Assembly: GCF_006345805.1 (NCBI RefSeq) | Contig: NC_043008.1 | Span: 17,174,001 to 17,238,000 of the forward strand | Reading direction: 5' to 3' | Source: Octopus sinensis | Taxonomy: Eukaryota | Length of the DNA stretch: 64,000 bases | In this document: piece after piece, positions 25,526 to 40,253 of the stretch | Layout of the letters: the number at the start of each line of letters is the position of its first letter | Position numbering within the stretch: the first letter of the stretch is position 1 | Notes under the pieces: generated by a model | Databases searched by the model: none | The model's input: only the letters and a program-made list of their open reading frames with translations | Told to the model about the DNA's origin: nothing | Position numbers and translations under genes: made by a program

Positions 25526-26915
25526 GTGTGTTGGATGTATGATAGTAAGTATTAGTGTTATTTCCAATGTTATTATTATTCCGCTTCTTATAACTATTTT
25601 CGCGAAATTCTAAGAATTTTAAGGAAACAATTTTCCCATCTGCACTAACACATCTCGCTTTCTCTACATTAATGTACTTTTCTTACAATTACAACACCCA
25701 GTAGAAATCCATTACAAACATATTCATATCCTTACATCCACACGCACACGAACTCGCACATACACATACACACACACAACAATGTCATACACACATCTGT
25801 AAGTTATCGTTCACTTTTTATTAGAGTTTAAGCCGTGTATTATAATAAAAGATAATATTCCTTTCTACTCTAGACACAAGGCCTCAAATTTTGAAAAAGG
25901 TGGGGGCAGTCGATTATATCGACACCAGTACGCAAGTCGTACTTAATTTATCGACCCCGAAAGGATAAAAGGCAAAGTTGACATCGGCGGAATTTGACAA
26001 CAAGAGGTAATATTTTGAGGCCTTCATTAATACAAAAATTTAATGGGTAACTAAATATCTAAAACGAATTTTATAAATATGTTTATGGAAACCAATGCTG
26101 AATATCATAAATGATTCTAAGTAAACTGCTTTATGACGGCTATTAACGTTACGGAAAGGGGAATAGTGCCTTAGCTATGTAGACACGTTAGACGTACCTT
26201 GACTGTATTGGTGGAATCGTATGATGGCGGTCAAATGCTATTCGTTGTTTTAAATTCGGCCGCTGTTGCTGACTGTATCATAGTATTTGTGTATGCACAT
26301 ACACATATAATTATATTTATCATATGTGTATCTATGTTTTTGTGTTTATTTGGGGTCGAGAACCAATCGTTTTCGAAGCAGTTGACCGTAAATATTCAGT
26401 CACTAAATTTGAAAGAGATATTCACCTCCTGAGATCAACAGTCCTCAATATCAATACGTGTTGCTTTTGATAATAATGTTCCACCAATATTTCTTGTCTT
26501 GTAATAGTGTGTATATGCATTTTCAATAAACATCGTATTCTCTACATATACTCCGGGGCATCTTTATACAAATCGTTTTTAGATTTCGTTAGCAACGACA
26601 TCATGACTCCACAAAGAGTAGTATATACATTTGTGGATTGGTGCTTTCAGAATACGTCATGTCATCCACGAAAATGTGACTTAATCGATATATTTAATCG
26701 TATCTTCAGGCATTCCGTTGTGTTATTTTATTTTTGATTGCTAGTTATTTTGCAGCTACCTCCTTCTGCTCGGGAAATCGAAACTGTTTAATAATCGTAA
26801 AGCGACCTGTGGTATTGGTCAGAGCTACACTTCATGTCAATATTAGCATCATTCTAAATGTTAACTGTTTATTAGAATCGAAGTTACAGATATTCAATCT
26901 GAATATTAACATAAT

Positions 26916-27428
<513 letters not shown>

Positions 27429-28210
27429 TTTATGAATGTGTTAACTAGTATACCAACATAAGTGTTAACTCCACTGGATTTGTTTCCTAACTATTTTCAG
27501 AAAATGAAGATATTTTTAATGAAATAAGTCATAGGGTCGTTTTGCACGAATAAAGGCTGTGCTCCAGCATGGCCACAGTCAAATGACTGAAAGAAGTAAA
27601 AGAGAGTATAATACTAAAATTTAGCCATTTATTAGAATCGACGTGAAGTACAGGAGTACTTGATTGTAAATCGCGAATCACTATTGCAAAATAGAATAAT
27701 TTCCCGTTCTCTTGTCATAATTTCTCATGACATTTATTCTCTTATATTCTCTTGTTTGTGGAATTATATCTAGAGCTATTGTGTGGCTACTCTAGCTATT
27801 CTAGCTCTTCCATTCTAGCTATTCTGATGTATGTGAAAGGTATTCTTGACGAAACTGGTTATTTAAAATTTAACTACCACGCCTAAGGATGTTGTTCGCT
27901 TCAAATTCTGAGTAATTTGGTTTATGCATTTATTTTTGCTATTGTTGTATAGCAGATGTTGTGCAATGTCATACGACAGATTAGAGTAGTCTAGACTGCG
28001 CTTAAGTCTGCTTCACTATTTTATTTTTCTCTCCAAAAGTACCTGTTAATATCGTTTCTTCCTTTCGAAATTTCCAGTTGATATTAGTATATTTGAAGGT
28101 TGTCATATCTATATCGTGAGAACGACACACTTGGGCGTAGACGTCTAGACGCTTATAGATTGCCAGCTGTTTTGGTAACACCAATTTAGGCGCTTGAATC
28201 AAATGCACTT

Positions 28211-28460
28211 AGGCGTAGGAGTGGCTGTGTAGTAAGTAGCTTGCTTACGAACCACATGGTTCCAGGTTCAGTCCCACTGCGTGGCACTTTGGGCAAGTGT
28301 CTTCTACTATAGCCTCGGACCGACTAAAGCCTTGTGGGTGAATTTGGTAGACGGAAACTGAAAGACGCCCATAGTATATATGTATATATGTATATATATA
28401 TATACACAAATTCAAAGTGCGATAAAATAAAATTAATTATTTTCGCTGGTGTTTCTAGCA

Positions 28461-28507
<47 letters not shown>

Positions 28508-28510
28508 GTG

Positions 28511-28545
<35 letters not shown>

Positions 28546-28762
28546 GTGTATTTCTGTGTCTGTGTTTTCCTCCTCAACATCGCTTGACAACCGATGCTGA
28601 TGTATTTACGTCCCCGTAATTTAGCGATTCGGCGAAATGGACCAATAGAATAAGTACTAGGCTTACAAAGAATAAGTCCTGGGGTCGATTTGCTCGGCTA
28701 AAGGCGATGTTCCAGCATGGCTACAGTCAAATGAATGAAACAAATAAAAGAGTAAAAGAGAG
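28211..28762 (+). mobile_element. SINE family A with a ~57-bp insert in its microsatellite
   Basis: Full head, body and tail. Non-repeat insert at about 28406-28462. Confidence 0.92.
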
Positions 28763-28928
28763 TTACATCGCGTGTGCACATGCTTAAGTATACTCATATG
28801 GAAAGAACGAGTGTGGGAGAAAGTGAGAGAGAGAGGGGTGAGAGATTGCAACTCATTAATTGAACACCATTGATTAAAAACATATTTCTTCTGCTCATAC
28901 ACATAGAGATCTATATGTACCTAGAAAA

Positions 28929-29260
28929 GTTTCTTTATTGGCCACACAGGGCTGCACACAGATGGGACAAGTTACAAGGTAGAGCTTTTCTTTTGGGGTA
29001 GAAAAAAAAAGTGGCGTAGGTTTTCGATCAAAAGGGATCGTAAAAGGGAAAAAAGAACAAAAAAAAGGGAAAAGAAAAAAACGAAAAAAGGAAAAGGAAA
29101 AAAAAGAAAAGAAAAAAAGAAAAAAAAAGAAAAGAAAAATGAAAAAAGAAGAAAAAAGAGGAAAAAAGGGGGAGAGGGGAAAAACGATCAATAAGGATCG
29201 TGTATCACAGTGTCATGATGTATAGTGTAAAGGAGAAAGCAAGTAAGGTTTACAGTGAGA
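28929..29260 (-). mobile_element. Tx1-like LINE 3' UTR
   Basis: gtttctttattggccacacagggctgcacacagatgggacaagttacaagg is the reverse complement of the 15336-15386 tail. Confidence 0.87.
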
Positions 29261-30014
29261 TAGATAGATAGATAGATAGGGAGAGAGAGAGAGAGAGAGA
29301 GAGGAGAGAGGATGGGTAGGGAATAGGGATAGAGGAGAGAGGAGAGAAACATTAATATGAGAAAAAGCATTAAAACATCTGATATGAAAGAAATCTGTAT
29401 GCGCTCATTGACGCCATATAGACAGCGACAAACGTCACTGCACCAAATGGTTTTATATCCCCATGGTCTGCATGTCAAGTTATCCAACTGTAGGATACTT
29501 TTAGTAAGTCATTTTTTGTCGGGAACACTATTCTTTATTCCGTATTCTGTATAAAATAACATGGTTGTAAGATATATTCGTGTCAATAACTACGAATTCA
29601 TCGGAAGAACACTAGGGGGAATAAAGTCAAAATTTGACATATAGCTTTGGGCCTGCTAATGTTTTCTGTGCTCAAGTATATAACAGACACTTACATTTTG
29701 GCCGAATTCAGAAATAACAATCTTCCAACAAACCAGAACGTTGCAAGACAAGTGACGACAATAAAATTTGGTTTCTGCGAGCTGTGATCCATAAAGATTG
29801 TGAAATATCCGTGAAATTTGTCAGAACATAGATATCTGTAAAAGCTCCTCTTTCAAGGTTTGCGAAAAGAAATTGTTGTTGCGTTTTCTCAACACAAAAT
29901 TCTGTTACTCCCCTAACATATTTTTGTGGCATTGTCCAGTTACCTTAGCATATCGACGTGTAGTAGCGGTTGTCGGGTAAGCATCATGAAATAAGTAACA
30001 TATACATATATGTA

Positions 30015-30018
30015 CCAA

Positions 30019-30092
<74 letters not shown>

Positions 30093-30127
30093 CTATCTAT
30101 CTATCTATCTATCTTTCTATCTATCTA

Positions 30128-30170
<43 letters not shown>

Positions 30171-30184
30171 CTTTCTATTTATCC

Positions 30185-30229
<45 letters not shown>

Positions 30230-30230
30230 C

Positions 30231-30317
<87 letters not shown>
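30015..30317. repeat. (TATC)n-(TA)n-(TG)n microsatellite
   Basis: Directly visible. Confidence 0.97.
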
Positions 30318-30319
<2 letters not shown>

Positions 30320-30990
30320 CACAAGGTGTAATGGATACACTGTTGCCATTTTATACATTTAGTTTCGTGCCTATGCATTATTAGCTTTTGATTTTGTCGA
30401 CTACACGATATAGTAGGGTCAGTTGGACACCGTCTGTGAAAAAAGACAGCACCATGACACAATTAACTCTGCCAGACATTTGGAAACTACGTACTACACT
30501 GCTTGGCATTCACGCTGTAAGCCCCAATACGAACATTCCAGAGTGTTTCCGTGTCAATCTGAGGAGAGAGCAATCTGAAGACATGTACCGAGAGTGATAA
30601 AAGTCAAACATCCAGTCAACATCATGGTGTTTGGAGTGATCACTAGCGATGGCGACATTATGCTTCAATTCCGCACGGCCTCACACTCAACACGGAGGCC
30701 AACATCAAGTGCATGGAGGAATTAGTGCTACCCTGGGTCAAGAGGGTAGATGCTAGAAGAAACTGTGTCTGGCTACAGGAGTCATGCCACACAAGCAGGA
30801 GAAGCCGGTCATGGCTGTCAGAGAATTTCTGCGACCACATCATCCCTATCATCTGGCCGCCTAACTCCCCAGACTTCAATCCCCTTGATTATTATGAGTG
30901 GGACGCAATTGAGCGAGACAACAACAAAACTCCTTGTAACATCAAAGATGAACTAAAGGCAAGTATTATGGTAGCATTCGCCAACTTCAA
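30318..30990 (+). mobile_element. Tc1/mariner transposon remnant, maT (DD37D) type, degenerate transposase
   Basis: KHPVNIMVFGVITSDG (30606-30654) and ...CHTSRRSRSWLSENFCDHIIPIIWPPNSPDFNPLDYY. Third catalytic residue is D; spacing fits DD37D if two residues were lost after QES. Possible left end TA|cacaaggtgt at 30318. Confidence 0.85.
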
Positions 30991-32175
30991 TATGCTCAGA
31001 TCATATAAATATATATTTAATTGACACAGCTTTAAGTGAAGATGATTAATTTGCTGTTAACAGTAAACAATTAACAACTTCCCAATCTACATTTCCTCCA
31101 TTTTCATTATCTTCTTTAATATACACACGTGTGTGTATGTGTGTATGTGTGTGTGTGTCTGTTCTTGTGTGTATGCATATGCTAGTTTGTGCGTGTATAT
31201 CTCTGTATATATCTGTGTTTGTTTCCCCCATCTCTTGACAACCTATGTTGGTGTGTTACCGACCCCGTATCTTATCAGCCTGGCAAAAGGAACCGATAGA
31301 ATAAGTATAAATTTACAAAACAAGTGCTGATGTGGATTCGTTCGACTAAACCTCTTCAACGTGGTGCCCCAGCATGACCGCCGTGTAATGACTGAGGCAA
31401 GTGAAAGACGTATATCTGAATATATACATACATGCATATACATACATACACACATACACACATACACATATAGAAGCAATTATGCGGATAAAGTAATTAG
31501 ATATATTACGTATATTAAATATAATATACATTATAGTTTGGGTATGAAAGGTAGACTATTTATATATGAATACGTTATATATATATTCGTTTTTCTTTTA
31601 TTTTTTAAAATATAATTTAATCCAATGATACTGAAAACACCTAACTATCTATCTCTACGCTGCTATATTTAACAACCTGTTTTCTACTAGGAAAAGCCAG
31701 TGAATGAAGGGTGAAAATTGGATATTTCGATATATTCCAGGTTTTGTCTACACAAATGTGTAAACCGAGATTTTCCATGAGTGTCATTTCGTTGCCTCAA
31801 AGAGTTTACATATTAAGAAAACAAAACAATAAAAAGAATGACTGACTGACTGACTGCTCACATTAACCACTTGAGATATAAGATATCTGTTGCCTTGATA
31901 TCTTATCGCAAACAAACTTAATTATACGCGCGTCGTGGATATATGCGTTTCATCATTAATCTATGCATTTATTTAGTTCTGTCTCTGTTTGTTTGTGTGT
32001 CTCTCTCCTCATCTATATACCTGTCTCTCCCTCCCCCCTCTCTCTCTGTATATATGTATATATACATACAGAGGGAGAGAGATGTATGTACATATATATA
32101 TAAATATAGATAGATACAGATGTGTTATATATATAGATATAGATGTGTAGATATTTATATATATATATTGATGTG

Positions 32176-32296
<121 letters not shown>

Positions 32297-32834
32297 CATA
32301 TATATATTACGTTCTAGTGTACAAAAAAATTCGTCACCATTCAACAGACATTCACGATTATGAGAAGGAACTCTCGTATGACAATATGCGGACAGTAACA
32401 GGCCTTCCAAGCAAGTCACGAATCTGTCGACATACAACTGGTTTTGACATTTCCAAATTGAAATGACTTAAAGAAGACCAGGCGGATATGCAATAAATTA
32501 CAGCATTAGTCCATTGCAGTGATAGTCACAGACAAATGGGGTATAACTTAATAAAACAATATATCCTGCTGGTTCTTTTATCATAGAATTTGTTGCCGTT
32601 GCCATCGATGCTGTTGTTGTCATCATCGTCGTCATCGTTGTTGTCGTCATCGTTTATGAATGTTGTGAGAACTCCAAATAATGATTTATGTGCTTAAGCG
32701 GAAATTACGGCATAAGATACGTATCTTTATTTCTTTTACGGAATGTACTTATATGCGTTTATTTATGACTTCAGATAAAGGAAAAATAGAATGGAGAGCT
32801 CGATCTCAACGTAGTTTCGGTTAAAGGATTTTGT

Positions 32835-33198
32835 GATCTTGGTAAGAAATACAAGAAAACTAGGTTGCAGACGAATCTGTAGTGTTTAAAGGTATAAGGT
32901 TCGAATCAGTGTAATCGCTGGATGACTTCGTTCGACTTGTTGATGTATCCTGGAAAATATAAATATTAAGGGTTTCATGATTCTGAAGGGGAGCCACGTG
33001 GTTTTATAAAACAACCCTTCCATGCCAGAGACTACGTGTCTGATTTAGATGTTAGTTCTCTATTTAGGTGTCTTGATAAGGAGGTACAAGGTAGGTACCC
33101 AGCCATTACGTGTAGTGGAATACCTATAAACCTTCGTTGGAAGTTTAATCTAGTTGCAGACCTTGACGCGAAGGTTGCTTATCAGGTTCTCTATGATT
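32835..33198 (-). mobile_element. Penelope-like element reverse transcriptase fragment, degenerate
   Basis: VPTLYLLIKTPK*...IRHVVSGMEGLFYKTTWLPFRIMKPL / PGYINKSNEVIQRL resembles the PLE RT N-terminal motifs (P.LY.L.K.HK, RP.VS, ILKPL). Confidence 0.6.
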
Positions 33199-33212
33199 TT
33201 TATTATTATTAT

Positions 33213-33443
33213 TATTTCTTTACTACCCACAAGGGGCTAAACACAGAAGAGACAAACAAGGACAGACAGACGGATTAAGTCGATTATATCGACCCCAGTG
33301 GGTAACTGGTACTAAATTTATCGACTCCGAAAGGATGAAAGGCAAAGTCGACCTCAGCGGAGATTGAGCTCAGAACGTAACGGCAGACGAAATACCGCTA
33401 AGCATTCCGCCCGGCGTGCTAACGTTTCTGCCAGCTCGCCGCC
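33213..33443 (-). mobile_element. SINE family C (tail-1), full length
   Basis: Complete homology. Tail adjoins (ATT)n. Confidence 0.93.
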
Positions 33444-33480
33444 CCGCTCATAATGACACTAATATATGGAAATAATTGTA

Positions 33481-33712
33481 AGGCGGCGAGCTGGCAGAAT
33501 CGTTAGCACGCCGGGCGAAATGCGTAGCCGTATTTCGTCTGTCGATACGTTCCGAGTTCAAATTCCGTCGAGGTCGAATTTGCCTTTCATCCTTTCGGGG
33601 TGGATAAATTAAGTACCAGATACGCACTGGGATCAATGTAATCGACTACACCCCTTTGCCTCTCCTTGTTTGTCCCCTCTGTGTTTAGCCCTTTGTGGGT
33701 AGTAAAGAAATA
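33481..33712 (+). mobile_element. SINE family C (tail-1), full length, head-to-head with the previous copy
   Basis: aggcggcgagctggcagaatcg...gtgggtagtaaagaaata. Confidence 0.93.
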
Positions 33713-34042
33713 TAATATATGTGAAATAAAGTCTGAGAAAACGAGAGGATTATCTCATAAGCGCTAAACCAGTGAAAAGAAGAAAGCAAGAAAACACATA
33801 CGCGGTATGAAAGCATCCCACGAGTGCTATAAGAATTGGATAATCTGTCCCTGAGCAACTTAGTACGAGATAAAAGGCAGATTTCTGAGGGTTTTTGTTT
33901 TTTCTGAATCATCAAATTAGTAAATACCTATATCATTTATGTGATAAATTGATTTTCGGATATTTCCCAAAGTATATTAAAAAATACGAACAGATAAATA
34001 CTAATGGGCAAAGACACTGTTTATCTAAATTATTTTGATACG

Positions 34043-34455
34043 CTTTACTCTTTTACTATTTTGCTTGTTTCAGTAATTTGAAAGTGGCCATGCTGGAGCA
34101 CCGCCTTTAGTCGAGCAAATCGACCGCAGGACTTATTCGTTCTGAGCCTACTACTTATTCTATCGGTCTCTTATGCCGAACCGCTAAGTTACGGAGACGT
34201 AAACACGCCAGGATCTGTTGTCAAGCGATGTCGGGGGGACAAACCCAGACTCACAAACATATACACACACATACATATATATACATATATACGGCGGGCT
34301 TCTTTCAGTTTCCGTCTACTAAATCCACACACAAGGCTTTGGTCGGCCCGAGGCTATAGCAGAAGACATTTGCTCAAGGTACCACACAGTGGGACTGAAC
34401 CCGGAACTATGTGGTTCATAAGCAAGCTACTTACCACAGAGCTACTCTTACGCCT
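34043..34455 (-). mobile_element. SINE family A, full length
   Basis: Complete homology. Confidence 0.92.
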
Positions 34456-35999
34456 ATACTGTTTATGTAAATTATTTAATTCACAGTCGTTACTAAGTAT
34501 CTTTTGTTATGTGTCTACTGTCTACTTTATAGAGATGTAACGCTGATATGATACACGCAAATTTTAAATATTATATGATATACAATGAAATTTACAGAAA
34601 GAAATTGTATTTATCAGATACAAATTAATACGCATGTATGTCATGACTGTGTGACTTTTATTAAGCCAATGATTATTCACGTAAATGATATTTCTTTATT
34701 CGACGTCTTATGCACAAATAATTGTTTTTCGCTTGAAATTTAACTTACTATAAGTCTTTAGACAGGATATTGACTGAAAATCATATTTCGGCGGAATGTT
34801 TGCAATAATGTACAAAGGGGAAAATGCCCGCTGCAACTGCCATTTTGAAATTGATGCTTGATACGAACGTCACGGAAACAAAACGCCCGAGTAGCCTACT
34901 AGATTCATCAGGCGCTACTGTCAAAAATCAGTGGGTTCTCTAGAAGCCTGATAAATAATCTGGTACCAGGACAATTTCTATGTCATATTGTGTTTGTTTT
35001 TGTTTGGTTTTGGACTGAAAGGTAGCAGGAGGTGCACTATTTATTTATTTATTTTTCGGGCTGAACTACATGAATGAATAAATGAACAGAACTAATATTT
35101 AGCTAATATCGGTAATTTTTTCATAGCCAATATTTATTCTTTGTTCGCAAGAAGGTGAAAAAAAGGAAAAGATAAAAGTGTAGCTGAGATTTGTCTTTGA
35201 CAGCTTACTATGTATAGAAATTGGGAGAGGTTTTTGTTTTCTGCCAGCAATAACTGTACGAAAATTTCCTGCTAATACCAAAGAAGTTACAGTTTCTATC
35301 CAAAGTTCAATGCCTTAAGTGGACACAAAATTAATAAAGAATTAAGTCGACATAATCCAATACATGTAAAGACTTTTAAACACAGGGATAGAATTTATGC
35401 AGAAGAATACCTCTTCTTACTTGCAATTTGTAATACAAATGAAAGTCGTAAATTAGTTTGAAGAAAGCACAGAATTCTGAGGCTGAGAGTAAAAATGTTG
35501 CTTCAGTTCCTGACTGATTTGTACGATTTAGTAATTACTTTACATAACATCCAGTATACAGGTGTGTTGTATCTGCAGATAAGAAGCTCTAAAACTATGT
35601 CTATCTCTACTGAAAAATATTATTCACAGCAAGCACCACAACAAGTATTTACTCAGACAAAACAGAGCTCGTTTAAAAACGATTTTAGAAAGTTTTCCTT
35701 TTAAACAAGACGATAGCTGCTCCTGATTTGGGGGATCCCAAACATCGTTTGTTTCACTTACTTAGCACCGATAATTCCACAGTTCTCATATGTAAGTAAC
35801 TTGCTCTTTATATTCTTTATACACCAAGAGATCTCTTTGTAAACATTATCATCTTGGCTCAAGGCCCAAGAACAATGGTAAGTGCTACATTCGAAACCTC
35901 TATTATTTTAACGGATCACATTTAAACAGTTTATTTATTATTTTTTTGTGTACTTGTTTCAGTCATCTGACTGCGACCATGCTAGAGCACCGCCTTTAT

Positions 36000-36640
36000 A
36001 GGGAAAATTGGGAGGTGAAAGATATAAGAATGAGCGAGGAATTCGTGGAAAATATGGATGAGTATTTCGAAGTAAGAATGGATATGGAATTTATTCGTAT
36101 TGGGAAAGAACATTCAAGTGACGGTAAAAACCAAAGGACAGGTAAGTGATGCTAACGGATGGGGCCTTTAGCATCGCTTTCATATTATCATTTTTTCATG
36201 TAACAATTCATCCTTCATAAATTTAATTGTAATGTTCTATGTCCCCATGTCTTGTAATGTCCCCCTCTTCGTCGCCCCTTGTGGGTAATAAAGAAATAGT
36301 GAAGTAGGTGAGACCAGGTATGCAGTGATTGAAAAGGAGAGAATAGATGAGTTTATGACAAGGTGCGAAAGGGAGAATTGGGAGGTGGAAGAGACAAGTA
36401 TGAGTGATGAATCTGTGAAAAATATAGAGGATTGTTTTGAAGTAAGAATAGAGAAGAACGGTTTTATTATTGGGAATGAACATTTAAGTGAAAGTGAAAA
36501 CCAAAAGACAGGTAAGTGATACTTTCATATTATCATTTTTTCATTTAAAAATTCATTCTCCATACTATTAATTATAATGTTCTATGTCCCCAATGTTTTG
36601 TAATGTCCCATCTGCATCGCCCCTTGTGGGTAATAAAAAA
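36000..36640 (+). mobile_element. two tandem diverged 3' ends of a second Tx1-like family (36000-36298, 36299-36640)
   Basis: Units are homologous and both end gccccttgtgggtaataaa. The first part of each unit reads as an E/K-rich coding-like stretch. Confidence 0.55.
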
Positions 36641-37952
36641 TCAGATATACAGGGGTTGGCAAAGATAGCTGGATGTAGTAAAATAAACGAAAGTGAAGAG
36701 TTTCATAATTTACTTGATGACGAAATGTATATCAAGGAGCTCAAATGCATGGAACATCATAGTACTGAAGAAGAAGATGAATATGAGACAACATCACAAG
36801 TGAAGATTTTGTCCAAATGTTTTCAGTTTTTACCAAAAGTATATTCTCATTTTCACAAAAACATATTCTCATTTATAGAGATGTTAAGGAGTAAATAGAA
36901 TTATTATAGTTTCAAATTTCGGCTCAAGGCCAGCGGTTTGTGGCAGGAGTACAATTTCGATTACATAGAACACAGTACTAATGGTACTGGACTGTTAGTT
37001 ATATTATCAAAACCGAAAGGATGAAATGTAACGATAACCGCGGCAGAATTTGAAATTAGAACGTAAAGACGGACGAAACAACGCTAAGCATTTAGTCTGG
37101 CGTACTAACGGTTCTACGAGCTCGCTGGCTTAAACAGGCAGAATAATAATTCTTTCTTCTATAGGCTCAATGTCTGACATTTGAACAGAGGGAGCCAGTC
37201 AATTATATCGACCTCAGTGCTCAACTGGTACTTAAGTTATCGACCACAAGGAATGAAATGCAAAGTCTGCCTCGGTGGGGTCTGAATAGCGAGCATAAGA
37301 CAAGAAGTAATGGAGCTAAACATTTTATCCAACGCGCTGACAAATCTACCCGCCTACTGCCTTAGTAAGTGGGAAAATAAGGGTTTCATATATTTTCTGT
37401 AAAGAATTATTCCAAAACTAGAAAAAATGCTCGACGACGAATATATTGTATATATTGTATATATTGTATATAATTAGTTCATGGTTTCTATCAATCACAC
37501 TTAAATATATGTAGAGCAGACTTAGGTATATATTTCAATGTCATCTATTAGAAGGTATTTCCGCCATTGTTTAAATGTTTGAAGATTTGCGATGAAGTAT
37601 ATACAGCAGGAACGCAGTTTTTGTAGTATGATTTTAACGATAAAAAAGTTTTATTCACTATTCACTAAAAGAAGAAAAAATGATCCACGAATTTATCATC
37701 GATGGTAAGGAAGAAGTTGATTCATGTACAACACTTATATATTTATAAATGCATATATTTTGCAGCTGTTTATATGTAAATAATGTCCTTTTCATTGTTC
37801 AGAGTGGTAAATGTTGGCCACACTTTCATTAGCATGCATTTTTACTGTTTAAATTATTTACATGTTACTTAACAAAATTAGTAAATATGACACTTATAAG
37901 TAACTTATCGCATTTGACACCATAACTATGAAGCAGATAGACTAAATTGCGC

Positions 37953-38377
37953 GGATGTTTTCGGTTTGAACGGCAGTTTTTAAAATAATTTCCACGTAAC
38001 TAAACACTTTTAAACTTCGCATACTGGTAGAATGTGTTTATAAAACATCTTCTTCTCTTGGCTTTATTGAGAAAATTCCATAGTTTGTAAGATATTTGTT
38101 GTTTTTTTTCTTCAATTTCTGCTATTCCAACCAATCAATGACGTCTATTGAGGTGAAAATATTCTGTGCCGTATGAATATGTCCCTCGTTTAAGAAACAC
38201 ATTGGGTTTATTTACATTTCTGAATAAAAAAAGATACCCTCCCCCCACCCCTAACCCTAACCCTAACTAACCATAAAACAGATTGAAATGCAATAGATCG
38301 ATACTAGGGTCATAATTATGGGTGACAACTTCATATGACACCGCTAGAAAAAACTGCCGTTCAAAACGAAAAGATCC
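37953..38377. mobile_element. MITE with ~29-bp TIRs and 8-bp TSD, Merlin-like, internal (CCCTAA)3
   Basis: TIRs ggatgttttcggtttgaacggcagttttt / aaaaactgccgttcaaaacgaaaagatcc. Perfect TSD aattgcgc at 37945-37952 and 38378-38385. Confidence 0.9.
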
Positions 38378-39134
38378 AATTGCGCATTAAATTAATATTT
38401 ATGAGGAATGTCCTGTGCGCAGCATTTGTGAATCGAAATTCTCGTAGGCAGAGGCATTCCCTGTTCTCAACGCGTAAGAATTGTATATTTTATTCAGAGA
38501 TAAACTAAAATGTACCTCCTTTGTTATTCCTTAATAAAAACATTTCCCTTGACATTAACATTTGCAGTTTGTGTTTCTATTTCTTTTTAGTGTTTCTAAA
38601 AATCGACAGCTTCAGTGGTCTTTGTGGAAGAAGTTATTACTGAAGAATTAGGATGCGTAATTAATAGTTCAGGGCTGCAGAGATTTTGATAATTGCCCGT
38701 AGTTTTGAATTAAATAATTTATGCAACGATTTATAGCAGACTTAGTAATTCACATCATAATGAACAGATGTAAATGGTGAAATCTCACGAGTGGAAAACA
38801 AGCTTCATGCTCGTATTGGTTGAATCAGTCATTTGTAAGGGTCTATTCATCCATCCTATCTACCCATTAGATCCTGGAGTGTCATAGGGGTAGATTTATC
38901 AGGTACCTCCTCAATAAGACGGTACTAGAAGCAACTGTCATTACACTTTCTGGCTTGGCTTTTAAAAGTTCAAATTTTCATTGAGTAGACTTTGTCTTAA
39001 ATCAGAATTTGATATACAAAAGTACCGATGTTCGCTAAATATCAGTTCTCTTCCTTTATTCATTCATGTAGTTCAGCTCATAAGCTGTGGCCATGCTACC
39101 GTACGACCTGTATTCATTTCTGTGACGTAGTTCT

Positions 39135-39366
39135 TATTTTTTTATTGCCTACAAGGGGCTAAGCATAGAGGGGACAAACAAGGAGAGACAAAGAGATTAA
39201 GTCGATTATATCGACCCCAGTGCGTAACTGGTACTTATTTAATCGACCCCGAAATGATGAAAGGCAAAGTCGACTTCGGGGGAATTTGAACTCAGAACGT
39301 CACGGCAGACGAAATACCAATAAGCATTTCGCCCGGCGTGCTAACGCTTCTGCTAGCTCGCCGCCT
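39135..39366 (-). mobile_element. SINE family C, full length, with 18-bp TSD
   Basis: tttctgtgacgtagttct at 39117-39134 and 39367-39384. Confidence 0.95.
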
Positions 39367-40201
39367 TTTCTGTGACGTAGTTCTACTGTACGATATTCGA
39401 GATAAGTTTCTAAATACAGTAAAGAAAATGAACAACAAAATATGAAAAAAAAGCCGATCGTGAGAATAATAACGGCAACCATATTCTGCAACTGCATTCA
39501 ATTGTGAATATTTGATTTCTTTTTTCTCTTTATTAACTACTACTTTGTAATTGTTGCTATTGGCATTACAATTGTTATTATTCTTATATCTACTTGTGGT
39601 TGCCTTAAAACTATTGTCTCCTATAAAAACTTTGAATAAATAACATTTCAATATGATTTGCATTTGTTTCTTTATCTTCTATTTTTCTTTCTTTAACCGT
39701 TCAACGTTTGATATAAAATTCGTTGCTAAAGTGATCGGGGTTGAAACGCTACTTGCGGTGCAATTGAAACAAAAACCGGAAAGAAACTTATGACGAGTAC
39801 CAAGCATTTGTGATAACGTAGCTTTTTCAAACAAAGACGTCTGTGTATTATACACGTACTTAAGTAGCAACAATCTCAAGGCAAAGGGACTTATCGATAT
39901 GTTACCTCGTATATACTATTACGTATTGTATTCACAGGTCGTAGCCAAAGCCAATTTGATATATTTTTAATTAAGCCCTCAAGTGATAACCATGCGTTTT
40001 AATCTGAAATCTGACGCGTAATGTTTGCCACGGTAAAAGATAACAAGGTCTCTGTGCAAGTCATTCTGATAAGTTATCTAGTATTTCATTCCATCGAAAT
40101 TGCTTTTCGCCATTCATTACCAAATATAAAATGAAAGAAAATAATACACATACACACATAAAAACATACATATATAATTATATATATATATACACAAATA
40201 C

Positions 40202-40253
<52 letters not shown>

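Noticed and set aside
36584-36898. 104-aa acidic ORF with a caggggttggcaaa TIR-like start at about 36648
   Set aside because: Begins in a repeat tail, no matching right TIR found and no recognisable domain. At most DNA-transposon debris.
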